Below are positions 1-10,780 of a DNA stretch of 64,000 nt, piece after piece (the first letter of the stretch is position 1; every line of letters begins with the position of its first letter). Source of the DNA: Botryllus schlosseri (lineage: Eukaryota); the NCBI GenBank assembly GCA_051294905.1, contig CM119372.1, forward strand, positions 25,732,001 through 25,796,000, given 5' to 3'. The notes under the pieces are model-generated. The model ran no database searches, was not told the origin of the DNA, and was given only the letters and a program-made list of their open reading frames with translations. The position numbers were made by a program, and so were the translations under genes.

Positions 1-33
1 ACATATTCTGGTACTGAGACACATTGCATAGAG

Positions 34-260
34 CAGAGGCCACCAACGCGGTGCCCGCGGGCCCCAGGTAGCCCGCGAGGACTAGATGAGTAGCCCGCGA
101 GCCTGTTCTAGAAATAGATCGAATAGCAGCATTTACTGATGTTTGTCAGATTATTACAGTGAGCTTTTAAATATATAGATTGAATGATTTAGCTATTCTT
201 GTTTGAATCACACTGACATGTAACTTACAAATGAGAATACATATATATAAACACTTAAAA
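34..260. mobile_element. left end of a hAT-type non-autonomous element (truncated)
   Basis: CAGAGGCCACCAACGCGGTGCCCGCGGGC start with GC-rich GCCCGCG subterminal motifs, typical of Charlie/Buster-like hAT ends; no matching right end found. Confidence 0.4.
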
Positions 261-793
261 TAATGATATCGTCGACGATGATATCGATGATGATGACGAT
301 GATGATATCCAGACTTCCTACCTAAATGTTGGAGGTTTATAGGATCTCCCTCGCCATCTCATCCGCGTAAGCGCCTAAGCGGTGTCTTATAATAGCCGAG
401 AAGTAGGCCATTCTACAAGTCGGCACTCGGCAGCTATGGAATTAAAATGAAGAAAATTGGCCTGGTGTAAATGACCATAGTGGTCGACAAACACCATGAA
501 TGCCACAAACCCAGCAAACACAAAACCGTAAAAGGATCATCCGGGATCATCTCGATTAGGTTCTGATTTTCTAAGTGTCGAGGGAATTTCCAAAATACGT
601 AGTAGGATGGTCTTGTGGTTATATTCAATCAGAGTAAATTCATACTCGGTGTTGTTCCATCTCATGCATTAGGCTTCGTTATATCCGGTAGTTAACCTAA
701 TAATGCAAATTTTCTATCTCTCGCTGGTATGACTAAAATACGTAGAAAGGATGACTTTGTCGGTACATTCAATGATATATATATCATTGGTAC

Positions 794-1197
794 TGTAACA
801 TCCTGGGAATTGATTAATGTAATGGGTCAGTGATCGCATTGTTTTGTCACAGTTGATTGGCTAGTGTGAGCTTTCTTCGTGGAAGCTGGTAGAATGTTCT
901 TTGCGTTTTTGGCTGCACGTGGTTTGAAGTGCGCGGTCATACGGTAGGGAGCTTGGGAATGCTCTTCTGTTGTGTAGTCGTACTTGTGATGTAGCGTAGT
1001 ACCTGTTTATGTCTGTGAGGTACTGATTGGAGTATTTGGTTGTATTAAGTGGCTTGGCATTAAATTCGTAATTTGTAAATACTCCTGGGTGTACTTGATG
1101 GCATGCTGGTGGTAGCGGGTCGCCGTCGAGAGGGTTTCTGAACCGAAGAACAACGACGTCCCTGTTAGGTCGACAGCGCCGTATCAGGGTCGCTACA
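794..1197 (+). repeat. 5' LTR
   Basis: TG...CA termini; matches 2743-3146 except two adjacent substitutions (GAATTGATTAAT vs GAATTATTTAAT). Confidence 0.95.
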
Positions 1198-1199
1198 AT

Positions 1200-2519
1200 T
1201 TGGCGAGCACGCCAGGACCTCTCTTTGATGGTGACGGTTGGAAAGATATGGTTTGGAAAGCATCCGGATCGAAGCAGTTATGCTGTGGGGATGATAACCA
1301 GTATCTTTCGGAAAAGCTACGAGTAGGCATCAAGGAACACAATGAACGGATGGACAGGATGCAGCAAGAGTTTGAAAGGAGCAAGGAGAGGGAGCGACAG
1401 TTGGGGTTAACTGTTCTCCCTGGATTAGATGCTATCCTTGGTGGGCTGCTATCGGTGAGAACGAGTCTTCGGAGACGGAAGACTGGAAGTGATGGCTCAG
1501 GTTCTCTGAAGAGCTCGCGTGAAGAAATTGCTGCAGTGCCTGGTGTTACCAAATCTGTCGGGTTGCCACGGAAGCCGGGTGGCGGAAAGCGAGGTGTCGT
1601 TCGCGGAAAAGACAGATTCGGGGAAGCCGGTGTTTGTAAACGCAAACAGGAATGTGCTGCTGATAGAGTCGTGAAAGGCAACGGGTCGAGTTTGCCTGGG
1701 ACCGAGCAGTATGGAGGGAACTGTCGCGGTGACGATGACAGATGGAAGGCTGATGCTGCTGCTGTTACGGCTGTCTCGACGGTACGATCAGGGCTGATCG
1801 TGGAAGGCAACGGGTCGTGTTTGCCTGGGGCTGAGCAGGATGGAGAGATCTGTCGCGGTGACGATGACAGATGGAAAGCTGATGCTGCTGCTGTTGAGGC
1901 TGTTTCGACGGTACGATCAGCGCTGATCGTGGAAGGCAATGGGTCGTGTTTGCCTGGGGCTGAGCAGCACGGAGAAGTCTGTCGCGGGGACGATGACAGA
2001 GGGAAAGCCGATGCTGCTGCTGCCGTTGATCCTGTTCGTGCGGTACGGTCGGTGCTGGTCGTGGAAGGCAATGATTGGAGTTTGCCTGTGACAAAGCAGC
2101 AGGGAAGAGTCGGCCGTGATGATATGAAAAGCGGGGAAGCTGGTATTGATGCTGCTGAGACTGTTTCGACGGTACGGTCGGCGCTGGTCGTTGAAGGCAA
2201 TGGACCGAGTTTGCCTGCGACTGAGCAGCAGGGAGGAGTCGAACGTGGCGATGTGGAAAGTGGAAAAGCTGACACTGCTATTGTTGGGAAGGTTTCGACT
2301 GTAAGCTCGGTATTGGTCGTGGAAGGCAATGTATCGTGTTTGCCTGGGATTAAGCAGCAGGAATGTGATTGTCTCGTTGGCGTAAGCGAGGCTGCGTGTG
2401 AAAAAGGTGTCGAACTGACGGGGTATGAGCGTGATGATGCTCATTGGTGTCGGCCTGGAACCTGCGGATGCTTCCTGATGGAGGGTCGGAGGCTGAATGT
2501 AATTGGTGGAGTGACGTGA
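1200..2519 (+). CDS. LTR-element internal ORF: charged helical/coiled-coil segment followed by ~5.5 tandem 43-aa repeats; function unknown (first ATG at 1248)
   Basis: 439-codon ORF filling most of the interior in element sense; repeat unit VEGNGSCLPGAEQxGExCRGDDDRWKADAAAVxAVSTVRSALI; no CCHC knuckle, protease, RT or integrase motif seen. Confidence 0.55.
   Translation: MASTPGPLFDGDGWKDMVWKASGSKQLCCGDDNQYLSEKLRVGIKEHNERMDRMQQEFERSKERERQLGLTVLPGLDAILGGLLSVRTSLRRRKTGSDGSGSLKSSREEIAAVPGVTKSVGLPRKPGGGKRGVVRGKDRFGEAGVCKRKQECAADRVVKGNGSSLPGTEQYGGNCRGDDDRWKADAAAVTAVSTVRSGLIVEGNGSCLPGAEQDGEICRGDDDRWKADAAAVEAVSTVRSALIVEGNGSCLPGAEQHGEVCRGDDDRGKADAAAAVDPVRAVRSVLVVEGNDWSLPVTKQQGRVGRDDMKSGEAGIDAAETVSTVRSALVVEGNGPSLPATEQQGGVERGDVESGKADTAIVGKVSTVSSVLVVEGNVSCLPGIKQQECDCLVGVSEAACEKGVELTGYERDDAHWCRPGTCGCFLMEGRRLNVIGGVT
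1201..1218 (+). promoter_or_regulatory. primer-binding site, tRNA-Arg(ACG)-like
   Basis: TGGCGAGCACGCCAGGAC lies 3 nt after the LTR and is close to the complement of the eukaryotic tRNA-Arg(ACG) 3' end (TGGCGAGCCAGCCAGGAG, recalled from memory). Confidence 0.75.
1671..2362 (+). repeat. 129-bp in-frame tandem repeat array
   Basis: GTGGAAGGCAA-like anchors at 1671, 1800, 1929, 2061, 2190 and 2319 (spacing 129,129,132,129,129). Confidence 0.9.
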
Positions 2520-2725
2520 CCGGATTATTGAAGTCGGGATGCACTGTGATGACGACTTCGGAATGGACGTTATGGTCAACGATATTGCATTTGATTTAGC
2601 GGAATGAATTGTAATAGGTCCTTTCTGTGTGTTGATGAGCTATTTATGTTAGCTGGTACTTGAGCATGGTTGGTTGCTTTGTAGGTCTTGTTTGTGTGAT
2701 TGAGATTTTTGGGGAAAATCCAATC

Positions 2726-2742
2726 AAGAAAGGGGAGGGTAG
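2726..2742 (+). promoter_or_regulatory. polypurine tract
   Basis: AAGAAAGGGGAGGGTAG immediately 5' of the 3' LTR. Confidence 0.85.
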
Positions 2743-3146
2743 TGTAACATCCTGGGAATTATTTAATGTAATGGGTCAGTGATCGCATTGTTTTGTCACA
2801 GTTGATTGGCTAGTGTGAGCTTTCTTCGTGGAAGCTGGTAGAATGTTCTTTGCGTTTTTGGCTGCACGTGGTTTGAAGTGCGCGGTCATACGGTAGGGAG
2901 CTTGGGAATGCTCTTCTGTTGTGTAGTCGTACTTGTGATGTAGCGTAGTACCTGTTTATGTCTGTGAGGTACTGATTGGAGTATTTGGTTGTATTAAGTG
3001 GCTTGGCATTAAATTCGTAATTTGTAAATACTCCTGGGTGTACTTGATGGCATGCTGGTGGTAGCGGGTCGCCGTCGAGAGGGTTTCTGAACCGAAGAAC
3101 AACGACGTCCCTGTTAGGTCGACAGCGCCGTATCAGGGTCGCTACA
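2743..3146 (+). repeat. 3' LTR
   Basis: direct repeat of 794-1197. Confidence 0.95.
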
Positions 3147-3778
3147 GTACATTCAATCACGATGAATTCCTATCCGGTTTTGTTCGATCTCATGCGGTAG
3201 CTTCGTTCTATCCATTAGAAAACAATGTTCTCCCTTCGTTGTATTGCGTGAGGATGTCACCGGTGTAACAAACAAACAAATGTTTCTAAAGAAATAAGCC
3301 TTACCTCGGAATTGTAATGCACTTTCTGTCGTATGTAATCTTTTTTAACCATGTGACACAGTCTCCCACGACCGCAAGATGTCGTGTTTCTTGGAACTTT
3401 TTCCTTTTCGTAATCCGCCAGTCGAAGGCTGTTCGTTCCTTCTGATGAACCGACAACTTTTGACCATTTGGGTGCGAGATCTACGAAGGGCAGTCAGGAA
3501 ATTCGACCCTATCATAGTCTTATATCTGCACGTCAATACAGGCTGCCGTTAACTGATGATTACAAATTTGCACCATTTTATAGCTGGAACTGTTATAACG
3601 AGTGGGCGACATGCCTGCACCACGGTCATAGAATATAAGTTTGAAACAATGCATTTCGTAGAATCTTGCTTCATTCGGCCGATGCTGTAGTTATGGCCAA
3701 GTGCGATGTAGTTGTGAAAGTTTTGCGCACAGTCACATTTAAGCGTAGCCGTGTTATTCAAGTATTACTTGCACATAA

Positions 3779-3806
3779 CAGGGATATCTAGATCTAGATA
3801 TCCCTG
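3779..3806. repeat. perfect 28-bp palindrome with hAT-like CAGGG...CCCTG ends
   Basis: CAGGGATATCTAGA|TCTAGATATCCCTG, flanked by GCACATAA / GTATATAA (6/8 match). Confidence 0.8.
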
Positions 3807-4461
3807 GTATATAATGCTCGAACTTTGCGTTTTGCGGTGCCGTGATGTGCACTCCCGAAAAGAACTGACCTGGAAAGACTGCCCGTCTAAACTAAATCCT
3901 TGGCACAAAATGACTACTGCGCGCCAGAACAAACCTACGATTTAGTAATGCTCTGTTGCTGACATGGGCTAGTCCTCACACCAAACCAACATTTGCATCG
4001 TACATAATAATATTACAGGTAAGAATGGCTAAATTCTAGCAACACACAGGCAATGCGATTAATCAAATGATAGTGATGTATTAATAAATTCAGTTGAGAA
4101 AGTGCAGCCTCAAACCACGTTTAAACCTGTTTTGACCAGACTACCAAAAATTTAAAATGACTGTTTTCCATAACTGATGTACTTTTAAAATCAAATTTTA
4201 TGGACAAAGAGAGATCAAATATCTTTGTAAGACTGGAACGATTGAGTTCAAAGCTATAGCAGCGTGACCGACAAAAGAGGAAAGTTTTATTCATACCGGT
4301 ATTTCAAAAATTTCGAAACCTTCGTGAAAAGTCACATTAATCAAGGCACGATAAAACTCCAGTACGTTACGAAAAATAATATAATACCCTACCTACATTT
4401 CTCTATAACTTTGTGCCGTTATACGCACTCTGCACAGTTGCGTCACAGACAGACCTTAATA

Positions 4462-5014
4462 CAGGGGTGGCCAACCTTTTTGTCCAAAGGGCCACATGCA
4501 ATTGACGAACCAACGCGCGGGTCACTAATCATTTTGTGCCCATAGGTTTCATCGTCGGCGGTCTTTCTGCGAGCGCAAACGCAAGCTCGCATGTTGGACG
4601 ACACTTTCTCTCGTAATTGCGAATATAGTTACACTCAATCTGGTATATTAGGCGTTCTTTCATTTCAGGAGGGAGTAACAATATATTAAAAGCATGAAAT
4701 CGAGTGACATCATATTGCGGGAAGCGTGAAGAAAGTTTTTACTTTAGATAAATCTACCGCAGAATATTTAGCTTTATTGTATTGTAATGTACGAAGATCC
4801 ACCAAAAATGTGACTGATCCATGGATCTGCCAATGCGTCGTAAAGGATATTGTAGTCGTCACATCCCAAGTGTTGCGGCCAGACTAATAAAATTTTTGAT
4901 TAGTCTTGCAAGTTCACAATTTGGGCAATCCATTTTTGATAATATTACTAATTTCGAAAATTACATCGCGGGCCACTCAAAACCTTCTCGCGGGCCACGG
5001 GTTGGCCGACCCTG
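4462..5014. mobile_element. hAT (Charlie/Buster-type) MITE
   Basis: CAGGGGTGGCCAACC...GGTTGGCCGACCCTG TIRs; perfect 8-bp TSD CCTTAATA. Confidence 0.9.
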
Positions 5015-5282
5015 CCTTAATAGCATCAACTAACAGCTACTCTTAACTCAAATACATTTTCTGGTCGGTGCAAGGCCCGGTATCAGTCAAAATGTAGTAT
5101 CGCAGTATGGATGATACGACGCAATTAGTCCTATGCCATTGAAAATCGTAATCTAATCAGTATTATTGACGTTGTTGAAACACGAAGTTTCATCACAAAA
5201 TTAAACTCATTCCTAGTTCAAGAAACAACATTTCACCCAGACGGCTTCGCGCCGCCACTCAGATGCTTCCACGGTTCTATAC

Positions 5283-5423
5283 CATTACCGAGAATGCTAT
5301 TACCGAGATGGACATTACCGAGAATGTTATTACCGAGAATGGACATTACCGAGAACGGACATTACCGAGAATGGACATTACCGAGAACGGACATTACCGA
5401 GAATGGACATTACCGAGAATGGC
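5283..5423 (+). repeat. 16-bp minisatellite (GGACATTACCGAGAAY), about 9 units
   Basis: head-to-tail CATTACCGAGAA cores without unique spacers. Confidence 0.9.
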
Positions 5424-6533
5424 CAACTGATGGCTAACTGATCTCAGTTAGATATAAAATATGAGCGCTTAGGTGACGTGGATCAATTTTTGAAATCAGA
5501 AAACAAATAAAGTAAACGAGACCTGGTATAGCTGGTCTTCATGGTCACGATCGAAACCATCGTGTTATATCACAAAGTCATAAACATTATCTATTAATGA
5601 TTCACAGTCATGTCACCAATATCACTCCCATGGTCGTAGTATACTCACAATGCCTGTATTCCTCGATAACTTTCTTGAATTCCATTTCAAGTTCAGCCTT
5701 TTCGGAACCACTACTGGATCCTGCGATGGCCTCCTCACCCCAATTGGATAGCTGAGTGACGCGACACATGGAATTCCAAATGGGGTCAGACATCGTCTGT
5801 ATTGCCTTGAACTATGATAAACAGAGTCATTCATTTGAGAATATGTCTGCATGGAGTCACTGTTGTGTGACCCACCAATATCACAACTGTTTCATAATCT
5901 GCACCATTCGAAAGCGACTTGTAGAGGCTACAATTCGGGATTACAGCATTCTTTTGGGTTGACTGGACTTACTATAAGGAGATTGAACAGTATTAGAAAA
6001 CTGTTATGGGTAAATAATTAGAGGCAATCTTACTACCATCACACGAGCAGGCATGTCTTGTGAGAAAGCAAGCTTACGCCATTGGTTCCTAACCAATTCG
6101 GTCTATTTAAAGGAGGGGTCACCTACACGATGCCAACGAGGTCACATTTGCGGCCCCTTACCTGATTTGATAGTTCGGAAAAACGCTTATAGTAAAGCAG
6201 TTTGAAATGCTGAAATTCATTTCAGTTTAAAAAGTTTATTGTTGTTTGAAGAGCTTCTTGGTGGTACTGAACTTCAATATACAATGGAATAGTATATTCA
6301 TATCGAATTGAACCCAAATATTTTCGGCTGACACCCGTCCGGGTTAATCGTCAGGATAATGAACATTTCGATATTCATCATGAGAGTGAAAAGTTAGGAC
6401 ATAAGGGACTATAAGATCATAAGGGTGCGTAGTCATCGGAGTGCTACCATACCACGCCGGAGCATGGATTTATACCGATTATAAGAACATTGTTGAGCAA
6501 TGAGCATCTTGTCAAAATGACCAACAATCATAA

Positions 6534-8706
6534 CAGGACAAGTTTTTGTTGCACTAAAATCACGAGAAAGTTGCATGTAATTTTTTAAAAGTTGCAGTAA
6601 AAAGTTGCATTTACAATTTTTGTTGAATTATCAGGGTATGTGATACTCGAAAAGGTCCGTTGAATAACCCAGTTCCTGCAAAGCTGTCAAATTTGCAGAG
6701 GTGGTCAGTAACGAAGTACTTCTACTTTTTCGAAGTACTCAAGTAATTTTCCACTACTTTTGGTACTTACTCAAGTAGATAGAATCTTCGCTACTTTTAC
6801 TTCTACTTCACAATATTTAGTGATCTACTTACTTACTTTTCGCTATTTTCAGTTTGTCAAGTAGAAGTAGTGTAACCCTCCAATTAGAAAGAGAAACTGG
6901 GGAATTCTCGGGCTGTTTTAACGGAGTTCTAAATTTCAATTTTAAGAAAATTTAAGTCAAGCCCAGAATTTCCGTCGCGCTTCACATCTAGTAGATATTG
7001 AGTTACAAATATGTTTTCACGAAAGTGAATCTTATTTAGGTTGCAGGCTGCATTGCACCGCATTGTCCCCCATATGACATATTTCGTCACAGTAAATATG
7101 GCCCATCATAACGTTTGAAACTACCGTTTCGCAATCTAGCATTTACCCATCATATCGTAATCTAGCAGCCCATGGCGTGTCCTAATCTGGAAAAGTTGGC
7201 TCTGACTTTTTGAGCGTTAGATCTGTTTTAGCAGACCACCGTTAAAACTGCCACGACAAAAATCATAAAATACATTTTCCGCTTTTCTGATGTAGTATTG
7301 GAAGTTGTCGTTCGCAATTCGCAGTATCATTACTTTGAGTTCTAATTAGTTTCAGTTCTTTTGTCTGGAGAACATATATGTTTAAGTTTAAAAGCAAGTG
7401 TAGCATCGCTGTCTATTTTCCTACGATACAATTACACCATATGGCATTTTAACATTACGCCATATTTCTTTATCATCGTATACGAATCGCGCAAAGTGTT
7501 AACTTCGTATCCATACAACTTCTCCGTATTGCTCTTCGACTAAATTAAAGGCCGTAATATGCGCGAGGGAACATGCCATGACATTTTCTAAAACGGGATG
7601 TTTTAGTAAACAAAAGGCTAGTATCTCATTTCCATAGCAAAACAATCATTTACATCTCATGATTCAGTCGAATGCTCTTGCTGTCGGAAATTTATACCTT
7701 CTGGGATGCATCAATATGCATTGTACATGAAGCTCTCTGCACCCTCCTCATAGCTCAATTTGCAGCTTTTGAAAGTCCATGCAAACGTATTATGACCGTT
7801 TTCAAAACTACTTATACTTACTTGAGTAATTTAAAGCCAGCAAATTCTACTTCTACTTCAAGTAGTTTTAGGTTACTTATGGAAGAAGTACTTCTACTTG
7901 TACTTGAGTAGATTTTTGCGTCGCTACTTCTACTTCTACTTGAGTAGCTTTCTTGACTACTTTGACCACCTCTGCAAATTTGTTACTTCGTCATTTACCG
8001 GTCTGACGAAACCGTCAAAAATTACATTTTCCCGGCACACAGCAAGGTAATTACGCAATGCGGGAATAATTTCCCCCAAAAAAGACAAACGGCATAGCGA
8101 TAACCCTCTACCCTAAAACAAGTGGGATAACACACCCCAAATCCCCTAGGTCTGCAAACTTGACCAAAGGCATTACAGAAAAATCCACTCTTGGCGACTT
8201 TAACAAAATCAATAGCCTGAAAAAGGCAATACAGTGAAAATGTAATTTTCGGCGGTCTCGCCTGGGCTTTTGTAAAATGGGAAACTATTTCAAATTTAAA
8301 CGACGGAGTTAATAAAGCGATCTATTTACATATTGCTTGAGCACGGTCGACGGTCGTGCTTGGCAGGGGTATAGTTAAACTTCTTGCTTGCATGCAATTG
8401 TGTCATATAGATAACAGTGAGATGCAGCTAACCCATCATATAGCTCTTTGTTAAGCAAATCAAAGAGAATAGAACCATGCTAGAAATAGATTATAGCATG
8501 TTTTCAAATCACTCCTTTGCATTTGACGCAATATTTGATAGAAGTTGCAGTAACAATAGGCATGAAAAATAGAGAAAAGTTGCAACAAGTTGCACTATAA
8601 AATCCCTCCAAACAGCTTAAAACATCATAATACATAGATGCTGAGTATCTAGAAAGCTTTCGGAAGCTGTAAAAAAAAGTTGCAAAAGTTGCAAAAACTT
8701 GCCCTA
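6534..8706. mobile_element. hAT non-autonomous element with AAAGTTGCA subterminal repeats; host of the 6696-7974 insertion
   Basis: AGGACAAGTTTTT ... AAAAACTTGCCCTA ends; flanking ATCATAA(C) duplication. Confidence 0.7.
6696..7974. mobile_element. hAT non-autonomous element, CAGAGGTGGTC family (TACTTC/AAGTAG-rich ends), copy 1
   Basis: TIR CAGAGGTGGTC / GACCACCTCTG; perfect TSD CAAATTTG. Confidence 0.92.
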
Positions 8707-9169
8707 ATCATAACCATTCGATTGAATGTTAAACATATTTGTGCGTTCACGGACGTTGACTACTTTGATCACGTCGGAATATCTAAACTGCAGATGTGGA
8801 AATGTAGAACTCTATTAATATTAGTAGTAGCATAGTAGCAGTATAGTAAAATCGTGATAGCGGTGCTTATCACATCACAGCCTTTGTGCACCACGTCTAT
8901 GAAAGTTATTAATTGGAATTTACATCATGTGAATATATATATGTCATCATGACATAGACATATAAAAGATAAAAGAAACCATCAATAGAAGCGTACATAT
9001 ATAGTTATACCAGCGGATACATGTATCTCTATTTACATTGTGTAACTGTCTATGTTGGCTATATTATATAAGTCGTCTTGACGATATTACAAATTCTACG
9101 ACACTATACGGTTATGCAGTCTGCGTATTCAGTCATGATCACGAACCAGTGAAGCCAGTCCTCGGTAGG

Positions 9170-9508
9170 CTACTTCAATTCACACTTCGTTCCTACCTTT
9201 GCGAAAGTTACCATACCGACATCTTCCAATCGTTTCAATACCCACAGCCGTTCGTTGCCATGAACCACCCACCAACCAGTCGGCCTGCTTTCGGAACCAC
9301 GACTACCCTTGCGTCGAATCACAACAATGTTACAGGAAATCTCATCAGCGGCCTTGAATCGATACAACGCCTCTCGCAATTCGTCAAATATGGACGGAGA
9401 TGTGCCATCCCAAGTCGTTCCCATATCTTTCGAAATGAAATCGGAGTTGTAGCGAATATCGCGGGGTCTAAAGAAATTTTTCTGCTGAGGTAGAGTCCCC
9501 GTGTTGAC
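9170..9508 (-). CDS. candidate exon or pseudo-exon encoding a ParB/Srx-like domain of the animal RPxxIxYSQDxI...DNRRLW family
   Basis: stop-to-stop frame reads FFRPRDIRYNSDFISKDMG...SIFDELREAL...NIVVIRRK...GWWVVHGNERLWVLKRLEDVGMV; candidate acceptor CCTCAG at 9485 and donor GTAGGA at 9196 would give a 288-nt phase 0-0 exon (9197-9484). Confidence 0.55.
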   Translation of the reverse strand, partial: VNTGTLPQQKNFFRPRDIRYNSDFISKDMGTTWDGTSPSIFDELREALYRFKAADEISCNIVVIRRKGSRGSESRPTGWWVVHGNERLWVLKRLEDVGMVTFAKVGTKCELK

Positions 9509-9780
9509 TTATTGCTGATAGGAAGACCACGAGACACATAATTTCGCATCTAGGTCTCGGAATAGAATAAACTCTCCGGGAACCAATTTAACTATACGGT
9601 GCATAGAAGCAAAGGCCTACCATAGTCTGTGATTGGGGCAAAGAACAACCGCAATGACTTCTACAAAAACAACTACAACCATCTGCGTAGGTATTCACAT
9701 GAGATCTACACCTTTTCAGAACCGGCCTCTTAACTTTCTGGTCAAAAGGCAAACTGTGAGGCCGTTTTTTAGTAGGCCAG

Positions 9781-10663
9781 CAGAGGTGGTCAGAGTAGTC
9801 AAGAAAGCTACTCGAGTATAAGTAGAAGTAGCGACGAAAACATCTACTCAAATACGAGTAGAAGTACTTCTTCCATGAGCAACTTATAACTGCTTAAAGT
9901 AGAAGTAGAATTATTGACTGACTTCAAATCTACTCAAGTAAGTAAGTAGTTGTGAAAACGATCGCAATTCGTTCACATGGATTGGCAAGAGCTGCAAATG
10001 AAGCGATGCGAAAGTTGCAGAGCGTAATTCATATTGATGCATACCAGGAGGTATCCAATTTTCGACAGCATAAGCATTCGTCCGCATCATGAGATGAAAA
10101 TGATAGTATTGATATGGAAATGCGATACTAATCCTATGTCTACTCGAACAGCTCGTTTTAGGGAATATCATGATATGGCACCCTCCATCATATTATAAGG
10201 CTCGTAGTTTTGTCGAAGAGCAATACGGAGAAGTTGTATCGAGTTCGGTGTAAACACTTTGCGCGAATAGTAAACGGTAATAAAAAGTATGGTGGATCGT
10301 AAAAATGCCATATTGTGTTGTCATTACTACACTTGCTTTTACACTTCAACATGTATGTTCTCCATACAAAAGATCTGAAACTAATTAGAACTCAAAGCTT
10401 TACTCAACTTTCATGAAAATTAAATGATGAGACTCCGTGAAAACAGCCACGAAATTCATCAAACTATCTTTCTGATTGGAGAATTAAACTACTTCTACTT
10501 GAAAAACTGCAAATAGCGCAAAGAAAGTAAGTAGACCACAAAATAGTATGAAGTAGAAGTAGAAGTAGCGGGAAATTAGATCTACTTGAGTAAGTACCCA
10601 AGTAGCGAAAAACTACTTGAGTACTTCAAAAAAGTAGAAGTACTTCGTTACTGACCACCTCTG
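9781..10663. mobile_element. CAGAGGTGGTC-family hAT, copy 2 (inverted relative to copy 1, internally deleted)
   Basis: both TIRs present; homologous to 6696-7974 and 46996-48258; TSD not preserved. Confidence 0.85.
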
Positions 10664-10780
10664 TAATTGGGAGCCCTTAGATAAATAATGAGCCATAAGA
10701 GTAATCCCCACATAAATACACTCATATGAGATTTGCTTGATTTTCCAATGGATAAATCGTTTTCATGGTCAGACAGACAC

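Larger units (their letters stand above)
794..3146 (+). mobile_element. non-autonomous LTR retrotransposon (Gypsy-like termini, TRIM/LARD-like), 2353 bp
   Basis: two 404-bp LTRs (TGTAACA...GCTACA); 4-bp TSD GTAC at 790-793 and 3147-3150; PBS after the 5' LTR and PPT before the 3' LTR; no RT/IN motifs in the 1545-bp interior. Confidence 0.95.

Noticed and set aside
5283..5423. CRISPR-like array
   Set aside because: Units are head-to-tail with no unique spacers; eukaryotic context and no cas genes
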